The notes: generated from the letters alone by a model not told the origin. DNA of 64,000 bases from an uncultured bacterium (GCA_937967455.1 CALCJK010000018.1:70293-134292); one strand, 5' to 3'; counted from the first letter of the stretch, positions 33,290 through 45,730 are shown. Numbers and translations are program-made.

Positions 33290-34624
33290 ATGATACAAAA
33301 CAGATCACAATGGGGTACAAGATTTGGTTTTATACTTGCCGCAACTGGATCTGCAATAGGCCTTGGAAATATATGGCGTTTCCCATATACAACTGGAGAG
33401 AATGGCGGAGCCGCATTTGTTCTCATTTACATCTTATGTGTAATCTTAATAGGTATACCAGTCCTAATAGCTGAATTAACTTTAGGTCGATATACACAGC
33501 GAAATCCAGTTGGAGCAATAAAAGCAATTACGCCTCGAGGATTATGGAAAATTCTTGGATATCTTGGAGTGATAGCTGGAATTGCTATTTTATCTTACTA
33601 TTCAGTTGTTGCAGGATGGACTATTGGCTACATTTTTAAAACAGCATTTCATGAAACAACTAACTTTGGAGCGTTTGTTGCAAATCCAATCAATGAAATT
33701 TTCTATTTTATTATTTTCCTAAGCCTCACAATGTTTGTAGTATTAGGAGGAGTTAAAAGTGGAATCGAAAGATGGTCAAAAATTCTTATGCCACTGCTCT
33801 TTATTATATTGTTTGGATTAATTATCTATGCTTTAACTTTACCGAAAGCGAGTGAAGGAATTAAATTTTATTTACAACCTGATTTCAGCAAAATAAACGG
33901 AAGGACTATTCTTGCTGCCTTAGGTCAAGCTTTTTTCTCATTAAGCCTCGGGATGGGTGCCATGATAACATATGGAAGTTATATTTCAAGAAATACAAAC
34001 CTGATCTCGTCAGCAACCATTGTTGCATTCTCAGATACACTTATTGCGATTATGGCTGGATTAGTAATTTTTCCAGCACTTTTTGCTGCAGGAATGGAAC
34101 CAGCCCAAGGACCAAGTTTAGTTTTCAATGTTTTACCAACAATATTTAGCCAAATGCCAGGGGGTACGATTGTTGGGATGTTCTTCTTTATACTTCTAGC
34201 AATAGCTGCACTGACTTCTTCCATTTCCTTGCTCGAAGTTGGAGTTGCCTGGGCAGTTGATGAATTGAAATTTAGTCGCAAAAATGCAACAATATTTTTA
34301 ACACTGATCGCTCTTATCTTAGGAATACCATCAGCTTTGTCACAGGGTTATAGCAAGTTTTTAAGTGAAATGAATCTCTTTAATAAAACAGGATTTCTAG
34401 ACATAATGGATTTCCTTTTTGGTTCGTTTGCACTAACATTTGGAGGCTTTTTACTTTCAATTTTTATTGGCTGGAAATGGGGTGCAAAAAACGCACTCGA
34501 TGAAATAAATTACGGCATTTATAAAAATTATGAATTCCTGAAAAGTGGATGGAGTTTTCTTATACGATTCATATGCCCTATAGTAATATTTTTGGTTCTC
34601 CTCAATATTTTTAAAATATTCTAA
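33290..34624 (+). CDS. Sodium-dependent transporter (NSS/SNF family)
   Basis: GSAIGLGNIWRFPY, NGGAAF, QAFFSLSLG. Confidence 0.92.
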   Translation: MIQNRSQWGTRFGFILAATGSAIGLGNIWRFPYTTGENGGAAFVLIYILCVILIGIPVLIAELTLGRYTQRNPVGAIKAITPRGLWKILGYLGVIAGIAILSYYSVVAGWTIGYIFKTAFHETTNFGAFVANPINEIFYFIIFLSLTMFVVLGGVKSGIERWSKILMPLLFIILFGLIIYALTLPKASEGIKFYLQPDFSKINGRTILAALGQAFFSLSLGMGAMITYGSYISRNTNLISSATIVAFSDTLIAIMAGLVIFPALFAAGMEPAQGPSLVFNVLPTIFSQMPGGTIVGMFFFILLAIAALTSSISLLEVGVAWAVDELKFSRKNATIFLTLIALILGIPSALSQGYSKFLSEMNLFNKTGFLDIMDFLFGSFALTFGGFLLSIFIGWKWGAKNALDEINYGIYKNYEFLKSGWSFLIRFICPIVIFLVLLNIFKIF

Positions 34625-34644
34625 AAACAAACAAGGATTACGAC

Positions 34645-36039
34645 ATGGACGAATTATATGCACAACTTGTAAAATCAATTGATGAAATTGCAACATGGAT
34701 TTGGTCTTATATGGTTTATATTCTCTTTGCAGTTGGAGTATGGTTAACATTTAAAACTGGCTTTATACAATTTAGAAGATTTAGAGATGCATACAAGTTG
34801 TTAATAAAAGGATTTATGGGAAAAAGATCAAATGAAAAACTTGAAGGTGATGTATCACCATTTGCGGCACTTTCAACTGCACTTGCAGCAACAGTTGGTA
34901 ACGGGAATATTGGTGGAGTGGCAACAGCACTTTATTGGGGTGGTCCTGGCGCAATCTTCTGGATGTGGGTGTGCGGATTTATTGGTATGGCCACAAAGTA
35001 TGCAGAAGCACTACTCGGCGTTTATTATCGTGAAAAATATCCGGACGGTACTATTGCCGGAGGTCCAATGTACTATATTAAAAATGGAATAACTAATAAA
35101 AAAATTGCATTACCTCTTGCAACTATATTTGCAGTATGTGGTGCTTTTGCAGCACTTTTTGGAACTGGCAATATGATGCAGGCAAACCAAATGGCGTTAG
35201 CATTTGATAGTCAATTTGGAATTCCAAAAATTGCAACAGGAATTATTATTACAATTTTTGTAGGTTTGGTTATCATAGGTGGAATTAAAAGAATCGCTAT
35301 GGTAGCTGAACGGCTGGTGCCAACAATGATAATAATTTATTTTATTTTGGGATTTGTAGTTATATTTAAACATTACACTGAAATTCCAAAAGTTTTTGGA
35401 TTAATATTCCAGTACGCATTCACTCCTTCTGCAGCTTTAGGAGGGTTTTTAGGTGCAACCGTAAAACAAGCTATACAGTTTGGTTTCAGAAGAGGCCTTC
35501 TCTCAAACGAAGCTGGACTCGGTAGCGCTCCAATAGCTCATGCTGCAGCTCAAACTCCATCTCCTATCCATCAAGGTCTGATTGGAACTATGGAAGTTTT
35601 TATCGATACCCTTGTGGTATGCACACTTACAGCTATTATAAACTTATCAACTGGTATGTGGCAAAGTGGGTTAACTGGTACAGCTATGACGGCAGCCTCT
35701 TTTTCTGAAGGCGTCCCTTACCTTGGAGGATTTGTTGTTGCGCTATCTTCATTCCTCTTTGGTTACACAACTTTAATTGGTTGGTGCTATTATGGCGAGC
35801 AATGCTTAAAATATTTATTTGGAATTAAAATCAAATATACTTACAGAATTATATATATAATTCTAATGCTAATAGGTTCAGTTGCTTCTATAGAATTAGT
35901 ATTTTTCGTTGGAGATATTGCAAACGCCTTTATGGCACTGCCAAACTTGATTGCCCTTACATTACTTGGTGGTATAGTCAGTAAGATAACAAAGGAATTC
36001 TTCAACAAATATCCAAAAGTAGAACTTTATAAAGAATAG
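34645..36039 (+). CDS. Sodium:alanine/glycine symporter (AGCS family)
   Basis: ALAATVGNGNI, GGPGAIFWMW, GGPMYY, RGLLSNEAGLGSAP. Confidence 0.92.
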   Translation: MDELYAQLVKSIDEIATWIWSYMVYILFAVGVWLTFKTGFIQFRRFRDAYKLLIKGFMGKRSNEKLEGDVSPFAALSTALAATVGNGNIGGVATALYWGGPGAIFWMWVCGFIGMATKYAEALLGVYYREKYPDGTIAGGPMYYIKNGITNKKIALPLATIFAVCGAFAALFGTGNMMQANQMALAFDSQFGIPKIATGIIITIFVGLVIIGGIKRIAMVAERLVPTMIIIYFILGFVVIFKHYTEIPKVFGLIFQYAFTPSAALGGFLGATVKQAIQFGFRRGLLSNEAGLGSAPIAHAAAQTPSPIHQGLIGTMEVFIDTLVVCTLTAIINLSTGMWQSGLTGTAMTAASFSEGVPYLGGFVVALSSFLFGYTTLIGWCYYGEQCLKYLFGIKIKYTYRIIYIILMLIGSVASIELVFFVGDIANAFMALPNLIALTLLGGIVSKITKEFFNKYPKVELYKE

Positions 36040-36043
36040 AAAT

Positions 36044-36826
36044 ATGAAAATAGCTGTCGTACAAACAAATCCAAAATTTGGAGATGTTCACAAGAATATA
36101 GACGATGCAATAAAAATAATGAGCAGCTCTCCAGCAGACTTTTATGTGTTACCTGAATTATTTAATACTGGATACAATTTCTCAAATAAAGACGAACTTG
36201 AAGATCTTGCTGAACCAATAGATGGACAAACATATACAATACTTCAAGCATATGCACGCCAACGGCAGTGTTATATTGTTTATGGTTTTGCAGAAACTGA
36301 TGGAATTGTTTTTTTTAATTCCGCAGCAATGGTAGGTCCAGAAGGTTTGATAGGATTATATAGAAAAATCCACTTATTCTATAGAGAAAAACTCTTTTTT
36401 AAAAAAGGCAATTTAGGTTTACCTGTTTTCAATACTGTTTTTGGTAAAGTTGGTATAATGATTTGTTTTGATTGGTTTTTTCCAGAAGCAATGCGGACGC
36501 TTACATTTAAAGGTTCTCAATTAATTGCGCATCCATCTAATCTTGTTTTACCATATTGTCCTGATGCAATGATAACGCGCTGTCTTGAAAACAAAGTTTT
36601 TGCAGCAACTGCCGACAGAGTTGGATCAGAAGAAAACACAGAACTCAAACTAAGTTTTATAGGAAAGAGCGAAATTATAAATCCCAAAGGAGAAATTCTT
36701 TGCAGATTGGATGAAATAAATGAAGGGGTTGGAATCGCAGAAATAAATTTAGAAGAAGCGCTCAATAAAAAAATAAACGAATATAATAATCTATTTGAGG
36801 ATAGAGACGAAAGAAATTATTTTTAA
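36044..36826 (+). CDS. Nitrilase-superfamily carbon-nitrogen hydrolase
   Basis: LPELF, YRKIHL, ICFDWFFPE catalytic E/K/C triad. Confidence 0.88.
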   Translation: MKIAVVQTNPKFGDVHKNIDDAIKIMSSSPADFYVLPELFNTGYNFSNKDELEDLAEPIDGQTYTILQAYARQRQCYIVYGFAETDGIVFFNSAAMVGPEGLIGLYRKIHLFYREKLFFKKGNLGLPVFNTVFGKVGIMICFDWFFPEAMRTLTFKGSQLIAHPSNLVLPYCPDAMITRCLENKVFAATADRVGSEENTELKLSFIGKSEIINPKGEILCRLDEINEGVGIAEINLEEALNKKINEYNNLFEDRDERNYF

Positions 36827-37200
36827 CAACCTCGTTTGTTAAGATTGGAAAGTTCTTTTTTTGAGTATTTTACAAACTTGTTATTCTCATCAACAATTAC
36901 AATTCTGGGTTTAATAGGCTTTTTAGATAATTGAAAAGTCATTATTATAATTTCATCTCCTTTTTTAATCAGGTGAGCTGCACCACCGTTCATACATATC
37001 TGACCTGAATTTTTTTTCCCCTTAATCACATAAGTTTCCAGTCGGTTACCATTTGTATTATCTACTACAAGTACTCTTTCATATTCATCTATATTAGCTT
37101 TTTTCATTAAAGCTTCATCAATTGTAATAGAGCCTATATATTTAAGATTTGCTTCAGTAACAGTTGCATTATGTATTTTTGATTTTAAAAATTGTCTCAT
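36823..37200 (-). CDS. panD: Aspartate 1-decarboxylase
   Basis: KSKIH.ATVT, YIGSITID, NGNRLETY, NGGAAH. Confidence 0.95.
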   Translation of the reverse strand: MRQFLKSKIHNATVTEANLKYIGSITIDEALMKKANIDEYERVLVVDNTNGNRLETYVIKGKKNSGQICMNGGAAHLIKKGDEIIIMTFQLSKKPIKPRIVIVDENNKFVKYSKKELSNLNKRGC

Positions 37201-37253
37201 AACAATCAAATTAATTTTGAATTAATATAAGAAAATTAGTTATAATCCACAAT

Positions 37254-38699
37254 TTAGCCTTTCATCACTGCAATTGGTGTCATTTTAGCAACTTTCTTTG
37301 CAATTCCAGCATTATGTACTACCTCAACGACCTCGCTAACATTTTTATATGCATCAGGTTTTTCTTCCGTTAATCCAGATTTTGTTTGAGCGCGAACCAG
37401 TATATTTTGTGATTTCATTTGTTCTAAAAGTTTTTCGGCGCTTGTTTCACGCTTTGCTTGAGTCCGACTCATTGCACGACCAGCACCATGACAGGATGAA
37501 CCGAAAGTTTCCTTCATTGCCTGTTCTGTACCAACAAGAACATATGAACAAGTTCCCATACTACCTGGTATCAAAACAGGCTGGCCAAACTTTTGTAATT
37601 CAACAGGCAACGCAGGATGCCCCTTCGGAAAAGCACGTGTAGCACCTTTTCTGTGAACAAGAACTTTTTTCCGTCCTCCATCAACACCAAAAATTTTAGG
37701 ATCAATCTCATGTTCTTCAAACTTGGCTATATTATGGCATACATCATAAACAATCCTCAAATCACCACTTCCCATTATTCGTTGAAATGCTTCACGCGTC
37801 CAGTGAGTAATCATTTGTCGGTTTGCAAACGCAAAATTTGCAGCTGCTGCCATAGCTGCTAAATAATTTTTACCTTCTTGAGATTTAATTGGAACACAGG
37901 CAAGTTGCCTATCAACAACTTTAATTCCATACTTCTTCATACCTTCCTGCATTATATCCAGATAATCTGTACAAACCTGATGACCAAGTCCCCTTGAACC
38001 ACTGTGGATCAAAACAACAATCTGTTTTTCTTGCATCCCAAAATTTTTTGCAGTCTCTTCATCATAAATCTCTGAAACCACCTGAATCTCAAGAAAATGA
38101 TTCCCCGAACCCAATGTTCCAAGTTGATCGTGTCCTCGTTCTTTTGCCCTCGAACTAACAAGGTCAGGATCAGCACCTGTAATTCTACCATATTCTTCTA
38201 TGTGCTTCAGATCCTCTTCACTACCATAACCATTTCGAACTGCCCATGATGCACCATTAGTCAAAACATTATTTAATTCAGCTTTAGTAACTTCAAGTAA
38301 ACCACTCCTACCAGTACCACAGGGAATATCTCTAAATAATTGATTTAAAAGTTGTTCAAGCTTTGGTCTTACATCGTTTTCCATAAAAGGACTTGCAAGA
38401 AGTCGAACACCACAATTAATATCAAATCCCACACCACCTGCTGAAACAACTCCCTCCTCAATGTCGGCTGCAGCAACACCCCCAATACAGAAACCATACC
38501 CTTGATGTGCATCAGGCATCGCTAAAGATCTACCAATCATACCCGGGAGAGTTGCAACATTAGCTACCTGTTCTTTTGTTTGATCCTTCTCAATATGCTT
38601 TATCATCTCTTCGTCAGCGTATATAAGACCATCTATACGCATTCCCGACTTGTAACTTTTAGGGATTAAAAATCTATAATCATATATTTTTTTAATCAT
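37254..38699 (-). CDS. rtcB: RNA ligase RtcB (archaeal/eukaryote-like long form)
   Basis: MPDAHQGYGF, GFDINCG, GSGNHFLE, HSGSRG, HRKGATR, PGSMG, HGAGR. Confidence 0.95.
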   Translation of the reverse strand: MIKKIYDYRFLIPKSYKSGMRIDGLIYADEEMIKHIEKDQTKEQVANVATLPGMIGRSLAMPDAHQGYGFCIGGVAAADIEEGVVSAGGVGFDINCGVRLLASPFMENDVRPKLEQLLNQLFRDIPCGTGRSGLLEVTKAELNNVLTNGASWAVRNGYGSEEDLKHIEEYGRITGADPDLVSSRAKERGHDQLGTLGSGNHFLEIQVVSEIYDEETAKNFGMQEKQIVVLIHSGSRGLGHQVCTDYLDIMQEGMKKYGIKVVDRQLACVPIKSQEGKNYLAAMAAAANFAFANRQMITHWTREAFQRIMGSGDLRIVYDVCHNIAKFEEHEIDPKIFGVDGGRKKVLVHRKGATRAFPKGHPALPVELQKFGQPVLIPGSMGTCSYVLVGTEQAMKETFGSSCHGAGRAMSRTQAKRETSAEKLLEQMKSQNILVRAQTKSGLTEEKPDAYKNVSEVVEVVHNAGIAKKVAKMTPIAVMKG

Positions 38700-38717
38700 A
38701 TTTTTTTCTCCTTATTA

Positions 38718-39137
38718 TTATATGTCCAAAAATACTCGTACCAATCCACGTTCAGCATTTTCACAAACTAATATTTGATGATAAGTAACTGCTTTAACAT
38801 CAAGTTTTGTAAGATGTTTCTTATTATCAAATATTTCACCTTTTACCTCAGCTATTAAATAATTCGGTTGCAAATCCTCTACATTAAAATCGCAACAAAC
38901 AAAATTATCACCATCGTATAAATATAAAATTTCACTTAACCATTTAACAAGTAGGTGTTCATAATCAGATGCTTTTATTTCAATCTTTCTATTCTGACTG
39001 GGTTCGATTGCTGCTATATCTAAAATGATAGAAGTTAGAGCTAGTGCAGCTTCCTCGAAGGCTTCTTTGAGATTTTTTCCGTATGCTTCAATGCCCATAT
39101 CAGCAGGGTGATCCAATATTACATATCCACGTTTCAT
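38718..39137 (-). CDS. Archease
   Basis: LDHPADMG, WLSEILY, VKAVTYH, terminal FLDI; directly upstream of rtcB. Confidence 0.92.
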   Translation of the reverse strand: MKRGYVILDHPADMGIEAYGKNLKEAFEEAALALTSIILDIAAIEPSQNRKIEIKASDYEHLLVKWLSEILYLYDGDNFVCCDFNVEDLQPNYLIAEVKGEIFDNKKHLTKLDVKAVTYHQILVCENAERGLVRVFLDI

Positions 39138-39240
39138 ATAAAATAAAATAATCAATCAAATAGATATTAGCAAAATTTGCATTTCCTTGAGAAATTAACG
39201 AAATTTTAGAAAATTTTGTATAAAAAAGCTATTATTCATT

Positions 39241-39576
39241 ATGAAAACAAATATTTGGATGATTTTATTTATTGCAGTAATTATACTTGCAGCAGTTGTA
39301 ATTGCATACCAAGATCTCAGGAGAGCTGATCAACCACTAATTTACTATAAAGAGAAATATGAAGAACTTCAAAGATCTTATATTGATTTAGCAAAATCAT
39401 ATTCATACATCCTTGAAACAATTATGAAAAACAACATAAACATACAACCATATTTAGTAGATTATGCTAACAAATCTCCTGAAGAATTTAATGAGTATTT
39501 AAGACGCAGAATTGTTGCAATGCAACTTGAAATTGAACGATTAGAATATGAAAAACAAAAACTATTTCAAAAATAA
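39241..39576 (+). CDS. Hypothetical membrane-anchored coiled-coil protein
   Basis: N-terminal TM helix, helical charged remainder; co-directional with pta. Confidence 0.6.
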   Translation: MKTNIWMILFIAVIILAAVVIAYQDLRRADQPLIYYKEKYEELQRSYIDLAKSYSYILETIMKNNINIQPYLVDYANKSPEEFNEYLRRRIVAMQLEIERLEYEKQKLFQK

Positions 39577-39591
39577 TAACGAAAGGAGAAA

Positions 39592-40575
39592 ATGGTACCC
39601 TCTGAATTATTAACTTCAATCAAAGAAAATGCTAAAAAACAAAAAAAGACTATTGTACTTCCCGATGCTTTAGATGAAAGAGCAATTAAAGCCAGCCGAA
39701 TTATACTCGATGAAGGTATAGCTAATCCAATTTTAATTGGAGATGAAGTACAAATAAGAGCAAAAGCAGAAAGTTTAAATGTATCACTCCAAGGTATTAG
39801 AGTAATTGATCCAAAAAAGTCAGATAATTTAAGCAATTTTTCTCACATATTTTATAATCTCAGAAAAGAAAAAGGAATAACATTTGAAGATGCACAGAAA
39901 ACGATGACTCAACCACTTTACTTTGGTGCAATGATGGTTAGAGAAGATATGGCTCATGGAAGTGTAGCTGGTTCAGTTTCCACAACCGGAGATGTACTTA
40001 GGGCAGCAATTCAAGTAATTGGTATGAAGGAAGGAATAAACATAGTATCATCATTCTTCTTAATGGTATTCCCTCATAAGGTATTCTCATTCGCCGATTG
40101 TGCAGTGGTTCCTGATCCGACCGTTGAACAACTCGCAGACATTGCTATTACGACTGCAGAGAACCATCAGAAACTTACAGGTGAAGAACCTCGAGTTGCT
40201 ATGCTCTCTTTCTCTACAAAAGGTAGTGCATCACATCCATTTGTAGAAAAAGTACAGAAGGCTACAGAAATTGTACGTAGGAAAGCACCAGCCCTAATAG
40301 TAGACGGTGAATTGCAACTCGATGCAGCTATTGTTCCCAAAGTTGCAAATTCAAAAGCACCAGGCAGTCCTGTTCAGGGAAATGCAAATGTACTTATATT
40401 CCCTGATCTAGACGCTGGTAATATTGGATATAAACTTGCACAAAGACTTGGTGGTGCTGAAGCTATCGGTCCAATAGTACAAGGTCTAAAAAAACCAGCA
40501 TTTGATTTATCACGTGGTTGCAGTGTTGAAGATATTGTAAACACAACTGCAATTAACTGCGTTATGAGCATTTAA
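39592..40575 (+). CDS. pta: Phosphate acetyltransferase
   Basis: [43 protein letters not shown]. Confidence 0.93.
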   Translation: MVPSELLTSIKENAKKQKKTIVLPDALDERAIKASRIILDEGIANPILIGDEVQIRAKAESLNVSLQGIRVIDPKKSDNLSNFSHIFYNLRKEKGITFEDAQKTMTQPLYFGAMMVREDMAHGSVAGSVSTTGDVLRAAIQVIGMKEGINIVSSFFLMVFPHKVFSFADCAVVPDPTVEQLADIAITTAENHQKLTGEEPRVAMLSFSTKGSASHPFVEKVQKATEIVRRKAPALIVDGELQLDAAIVPKVANSKAPGSPVQGNANVLIFPDLDAGNIGYKLAQRLGGAEAIGPIVQGLKKPAFDLSRGCSVEDIVNTTAINCVMSI

Positions 40576-40578
40576 AAA

Positions 40579-41733
40579 ATGCAAACAACAAGTCCTAAAA
40601 CAAGATACCTGTTTATAGATTTGTATCGAGGACTTGTTGTTTTATTCATGCTTGAAGGGCATTTATTCCGTGAATTATTACATCAGGATGTAATAAAATC
40701 ACCTTTATTTCAGTTTCACGATCTTTTTCATGGAATAAGTGCCCCTGCATTTTTATTTGGATCAGGTTTAACATTCGTTCTATCCACCAGAAAAAGATGG
40801 GAAGATTATCATCACTGGGACCCACCATTCGCTCGTAGATTAGGTAGAATATTAACAATTCTATTTCTTGGATATGCTCTACATTTACCTTTTTTATCCG
40901 CAAAAAAATTAATTACGGAAGGTAAACTTGAACATTACCTACAACTATTTCAGAGTGATGTTCTACAATGTATAGGCTTTGGATTATTATTTCTTCATGC
41001 ATTGTTATTTTTCTTCAAAACAGAGAGAAGATTTTATGGATTAGTGTTATCAGCAACTGTTGCAGTACCATTATTAACACCACTTATCTGGGAAATAGAT
41101 TTTTTAAACTATTACCCAGCATTTATCGCACAACTACTTAATAACAAGCATGGATCAATTTTCCCTCTTTTCCCTTTTATTGGTTTTTTATTTGCTGGTG
41201 TAATAGTTTCATGGGAGTTTATGTACGCAGTTGAACATAAACGTGAACATAAATTTATGAGACGTTTTCTATACTTAGGAGTAGTTTTTTTCGTGTTTGG
41301 TTTACTTTTAGATACATTACCATTTCAGATTTATCCCGTCTATAATTTCTGGTATACAAGTCCAAATTATTTTTTGATTAGAATTGGTGCTTTATTATTC
41401 TTATTTGGATTAATTTGGAATATTACAGAAAAAGTAAAGAAACCACCTACCTGGATAACAATCCTTGGTAAAGAATCTTTGTTGGTTTATGTAGTTCACT
41501 TAGTAATTTTATATGGCTCTGTAATTAACCCCTTTATAAGTTTGAAAACTATATTTGGGACAAACTTACAACTTATTGAAACAATTCCAATATTTATTGC
41601 CTTTGCAATTTTAATGATAGCATTGGCATATTTATGGAGCTACCTGAAAGAGAAAAAATACAACCTCTACAGAATCATTCAAATAACACTTGCTGCAATT
41701 TTTTTAACAGTGTTTTTTACATTAGAGTATTAA
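40579..41733 (+). CDS. DUF1624 / heparan-alpha-glucosaminide N-acetyltransferase-like membrane acyltransferase
   Basis: IDLYRG...M...H, APAFLF.SG, DVLQCIG, FPLFP, GKESL.VY..H. Confidence 0.75.
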   Translation: MQTTSPKTRYLFIDLYRGLVVLFMLEGHLFRELLHQDVIKSPLFQFHDLFHGISAPAFLFGSGLTFVLSTRKRWEDYHHWDPPFARRLGRILTILFLGYALHLPFLSAKKLITEGKLEHYLQLFQSDVLQCIGFGLLFLHALLFFFKTERRFYGLVLSATVAVPLLTPLIWEIDFLNYYPAFIAQLLNNKHGSIFPLFPFIGFLFAGVIVSWEFMYAVEHKREHKFMRRFLYLGVVFFVFGLLLDTLPFQIYPVYNFWYTSPNYFLIRIGALLFLFGLIWNITEKVKKPPTWITILGKESLLVYVVHLVILYGSVINPFISLKTIFGTNLQLIETIPIFIAFAILMIALAYLWSYLKEKKYNLYRIIQITLAAIFLTVFFTLEY

Positions 41734-41768
41734 ATTTATAAAATACAAAAACAAATACTAAGAGATTT

Positions 41769-44700
41769 TTATTTCACAAGCAACATCCTTCTTTGTTGAA
41801 TTTTAACATCCGAACCTACATCATGTGTTTTATTCAACTCATTAACCCATATTCTATAGACATATACTCCAGTCGGTAAATTACTGGCATTAAATTCAAC
41901 TTGATGATATCCTGATTGAAATTCTTGATTATCTATCAAGTTCATAATATGCTGTCCAAGTGTATTAAATATTTTTAATGACACGATAGAATTCACTTTC
42001 AAACCAAAATTAATTACAGTACTTGAATTAAATGGATTGGGATAATTCTGGTATAGAATAAATTTTTCTGGTATTTCCTGAATTTCAGTTATTTGTTCAA
42101 ACGGTGGTTTAGGTGGAAGTTCATTCGTAGGTATTACTCTGATCCTAGACAAAGCATTATAAATTCCTGAAGATGAAAGTATAAGCTTCCCATTTTGATC
42201 AACCTTCACCCAGTATCCCTTACCTGGATAAATTGTATCAGCTATTAAATAACCAGATGAATACTTATAAAAATCAGAGGTTACAATACTGCCGGGTATT
42301 GAAGTTATTGAATTAATGCTAACAGCATTTGAAGCTGAACCAATTAAATTCCAGCCCGCATTAACATCAACTGTTTCAGGATCACATAAATAGCCGGTCA
42401 TTACTACATTTCCTGTGTCATTAAATTTTAACCAGTATCCAACTCCAACAGATAAGGTTTCCTTTTCCACATACTCAGAATTATACACAAAAGCTTTAGA
42501 ACTCGATGTTGGATACAATACAACCTTTCTAAAATCAGAAACTTGTAGAGGTACTGAAAGCAAATTCCAGCCCTTATCAAAAACATAAGTATCCGAAATC
42601 ATACCAGACATTGCACCAGTATAAAATGACCATGGGGATCCGGAAGCTTGTATATTTGCACTTGAATTTAAAGCATTAATTTGCCAGTAGTATCTTTTAT
42701 TAGTATCAAGTAAAGTATATGAGTAAGTTGTATCTGTTTGGTTACTTACAAAATTAGGTGGATGTATAGTATCAAGATAAACTAAATAATAACCTGCTGC
42801 TTTTGAAGATTGCCAAACTAATTTTCCATTCGTAGGTTGGTTAAGAATTCCATTTGAGGGAGAAACTAATGTAAAGGAAGCTGGTGAATTTATAACATAC
42901 TCATCAGCACCAATGTCTGGTGAAGTACTTCTTGCATTTCCATCGAAATCATCAACAATTCCTATTAAAGGAATTCCATTATTATCTGCATAGGAATATA
43001 CCGTTGAATCAATATGCAAATTATTTGCGACAGTATTAACAAATTTTGGATCAGCATTAAAGCTTGCAAAATCACACATAGCAAGAGCATTCCATTGTGT
43101 TAGGTTAGAATAAAAATTTATCCACCGAGTAAGGTGGGAATTGTTAAGATTATAAAAAACATTATTATCTGAAGAACCCGGGAACCAATTTACTGGTTGA
43201 ACTGAATTTGAAATCGCAATATGGAAACCGCTTCCTGATCGCTCATTTGAAAATATATTGTTTTTGATATTTACTAGTGATATACCATCCCTTCTGTAAC
43301 AATATGAGGAATCCAAACCAGTTGAACTTCCACCAATGTAGATGGAGTTAAAAAATAGGTTATTGTAAAATTTACCAGTAACTATTATATCATGTATGCC
43401 AGTATAAGTACATTTATTTGAAAGCCCAACACCTAATGAAATTATGTTATTTACAATTGTTACACTATCATTTAAATTGCCAAGTAAAAATCCAACAACA
43501 TTACTTGATGCACTAACATTATTTGGCCCAACATTGTATAAAAAATTCTTGGAAATATTTGTATATTTACACATAATAAATACGCCAATAAAATCATTGG
43601 CAACTGGTTGAGATTGATTAACATTGACAATTGTATTTTTGATCACATTTGCAGTATCAGCAAACATGATTTTAATACCAGAAACAACCCCACCACCATC
43701 AATTCTAACTTCTTTACTCAAACTTGTGTCACCTATAATATTTCCATTAATATTTACTCGCGTAGGATTTAACATACTAATTCCATTAAAACTTATACCT
43801 GTAAAACCTGAAGATATTGCTGGACTGACAATAAATATATTTCTTATTACATTATCTCGAATTGTATTTAACAATACAGTATCAACACTTAGATCAATTC
43901 CAGTAAATGTGGAGTTACTCATATCAATAAGTGGAGCACCTTCTGCCATTGGATTACTACCACCAATAAAGTTCCCACTTATAAAATGCCCCCCGCTCTT
44001 TTGGGAAGTTGAAGGTAGTAAATATATACCTGTCATTTGCTGAGACTGAGGATAACTTTGATAAAGAGAATTTGAAATAAGATTCCAACTTAGTCCGTAT
44101 AATTTTATCCCATAATTACTCCAATTATAGATTTTACAACTCTGAATTGTATTAGAATCATTTGGAGCACCTGTAGTCCAATCAGAATAGATTGCATTCA
44201 TTGGTTGAACTGAAGAGATATCAGATCTATCTCTTATTTCACAATTATTAATAACATTATGACTGTTTCCTTGTGCATAAGTATGTTCACCAAAGTAAAC
44301 TGTTCCACTGTAACTTGAAGTATTCTGACCTTCTATTTTCAAGTATTTCAAAGTATTATAAGTAGCATCGTTATTTATGCGGATGGTTGGTCCAACGTAT
44401 GCAATACTAATGTTACGAATAGTCCAATAAATAGAATCACCAACTCCACCAGCTCTTCCATCCAATGTTAGTCTTTCAACACCGTTAAGGTCAATCAAGG
44501 GATATGCACCTGTTGTAATTCCTTGAGTTGTTCTCATACTTACACCACTTGCCGGACGAATTGTAACAGTCCAGTTTCCACCACTTGTAAGATACTGATT
44601 AAACCTTATTGGAAATGTTTCACCCGTATTGCCGTCATAATCTGATTGTAATTCAAAAATTACATTACCAGTCAGAATTTTTTTATTTAATGTATCTGCT

Positions 44701-45269
44701 ATCTGACTTAATTTCTTAAAGGTATAAGAATTTCCAACAGAATAAGTACCACCGGCAAACATTAAGGAACTAAAATTATAACTTAATGCATTTTGAACAT
44801 CAGGAAGTGGACCAATATTTTGGCTTGCTGGGAAATTACCGCTTTGTTGTGCTGAGCCTGTACTCATCAGGATTGATCTCATTGTGAGTGGTGATAATGA
44901 TCGATTATTAAGTTGTTCATATTTACTCTCAACCAATGCCACTGCTGCAGCTACTATCGGAGATGCGCTTGATGTACCCGCAAAACAACTATCATAATAA
45001 TAATTTTTCCCCGAAGCAATATATAGTGGTGGACATATTAGAAATGTACCCGTTGTTGTCACTTTTTCACCCCATCCTTGTAAGTTAACTCTGGAGCCAT
45101 AATTTGAAAAAGGCAATCTCGAACGTGCTACATCCGATCCAAAAAAACTGCTTGGAGCTGCACCCGCACCCACTATTATCGCACCGGAATTATTTTGCGA
45201 CAAAAACGGCCAATGTCCATAATTCCATGTACTGTAAATTGGAGAATCCAGATTTTGATGATGTCGCAA
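41769..45269 (-). pseudogene. 5'-truncated S8 (subtilisin-like) protease with beta-helix region and T9SS C-terminal domain
   Basis: Begins mid-domain (QNLD..GAIIVGAG..FSNYGSRV..GTSSASP); no signal peptide and no catalytic Asp/His motifs; QNYPNPFN tail. Confidence 0.72.
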
Positions 45270-45730
45270 AATATTAAGAAGTAGGAAAAGAGAAAAATTT
45301 TTATTGTAATAACTATTTATAAGATTAAAGCGTATTAATTATGGTATTGATTGGACATATGTTTTTATTATACTCCCAAAAATGAGGTTATTATAGTATA
45401 ATTTAAATGTTCTAAATCGACATCCCGAAATATCCGAATCAATTAAACATTTATGCAGAACTTGTTCATTTAAAATTATAGGACTCAATTAATACCTTTT
45501 AAATTCTGTAAATAATATAGATTTTATATTTGCAAATTCCAAACAGGTTACAAATACAAAAAATTATATAAATTTAATTATTTTTAACCAAAATCCTAGA
45601 AAATTTAACATAATTTACATATTCCAATCTTATAAACTGTTGGAAAATTTTTTTTGATAAAAAAAAGATATATAAATTTTACTTTTATTATTCTAAATAA
45701 ATTGTTATCTTTTCGATAAATTGTTAAAAA

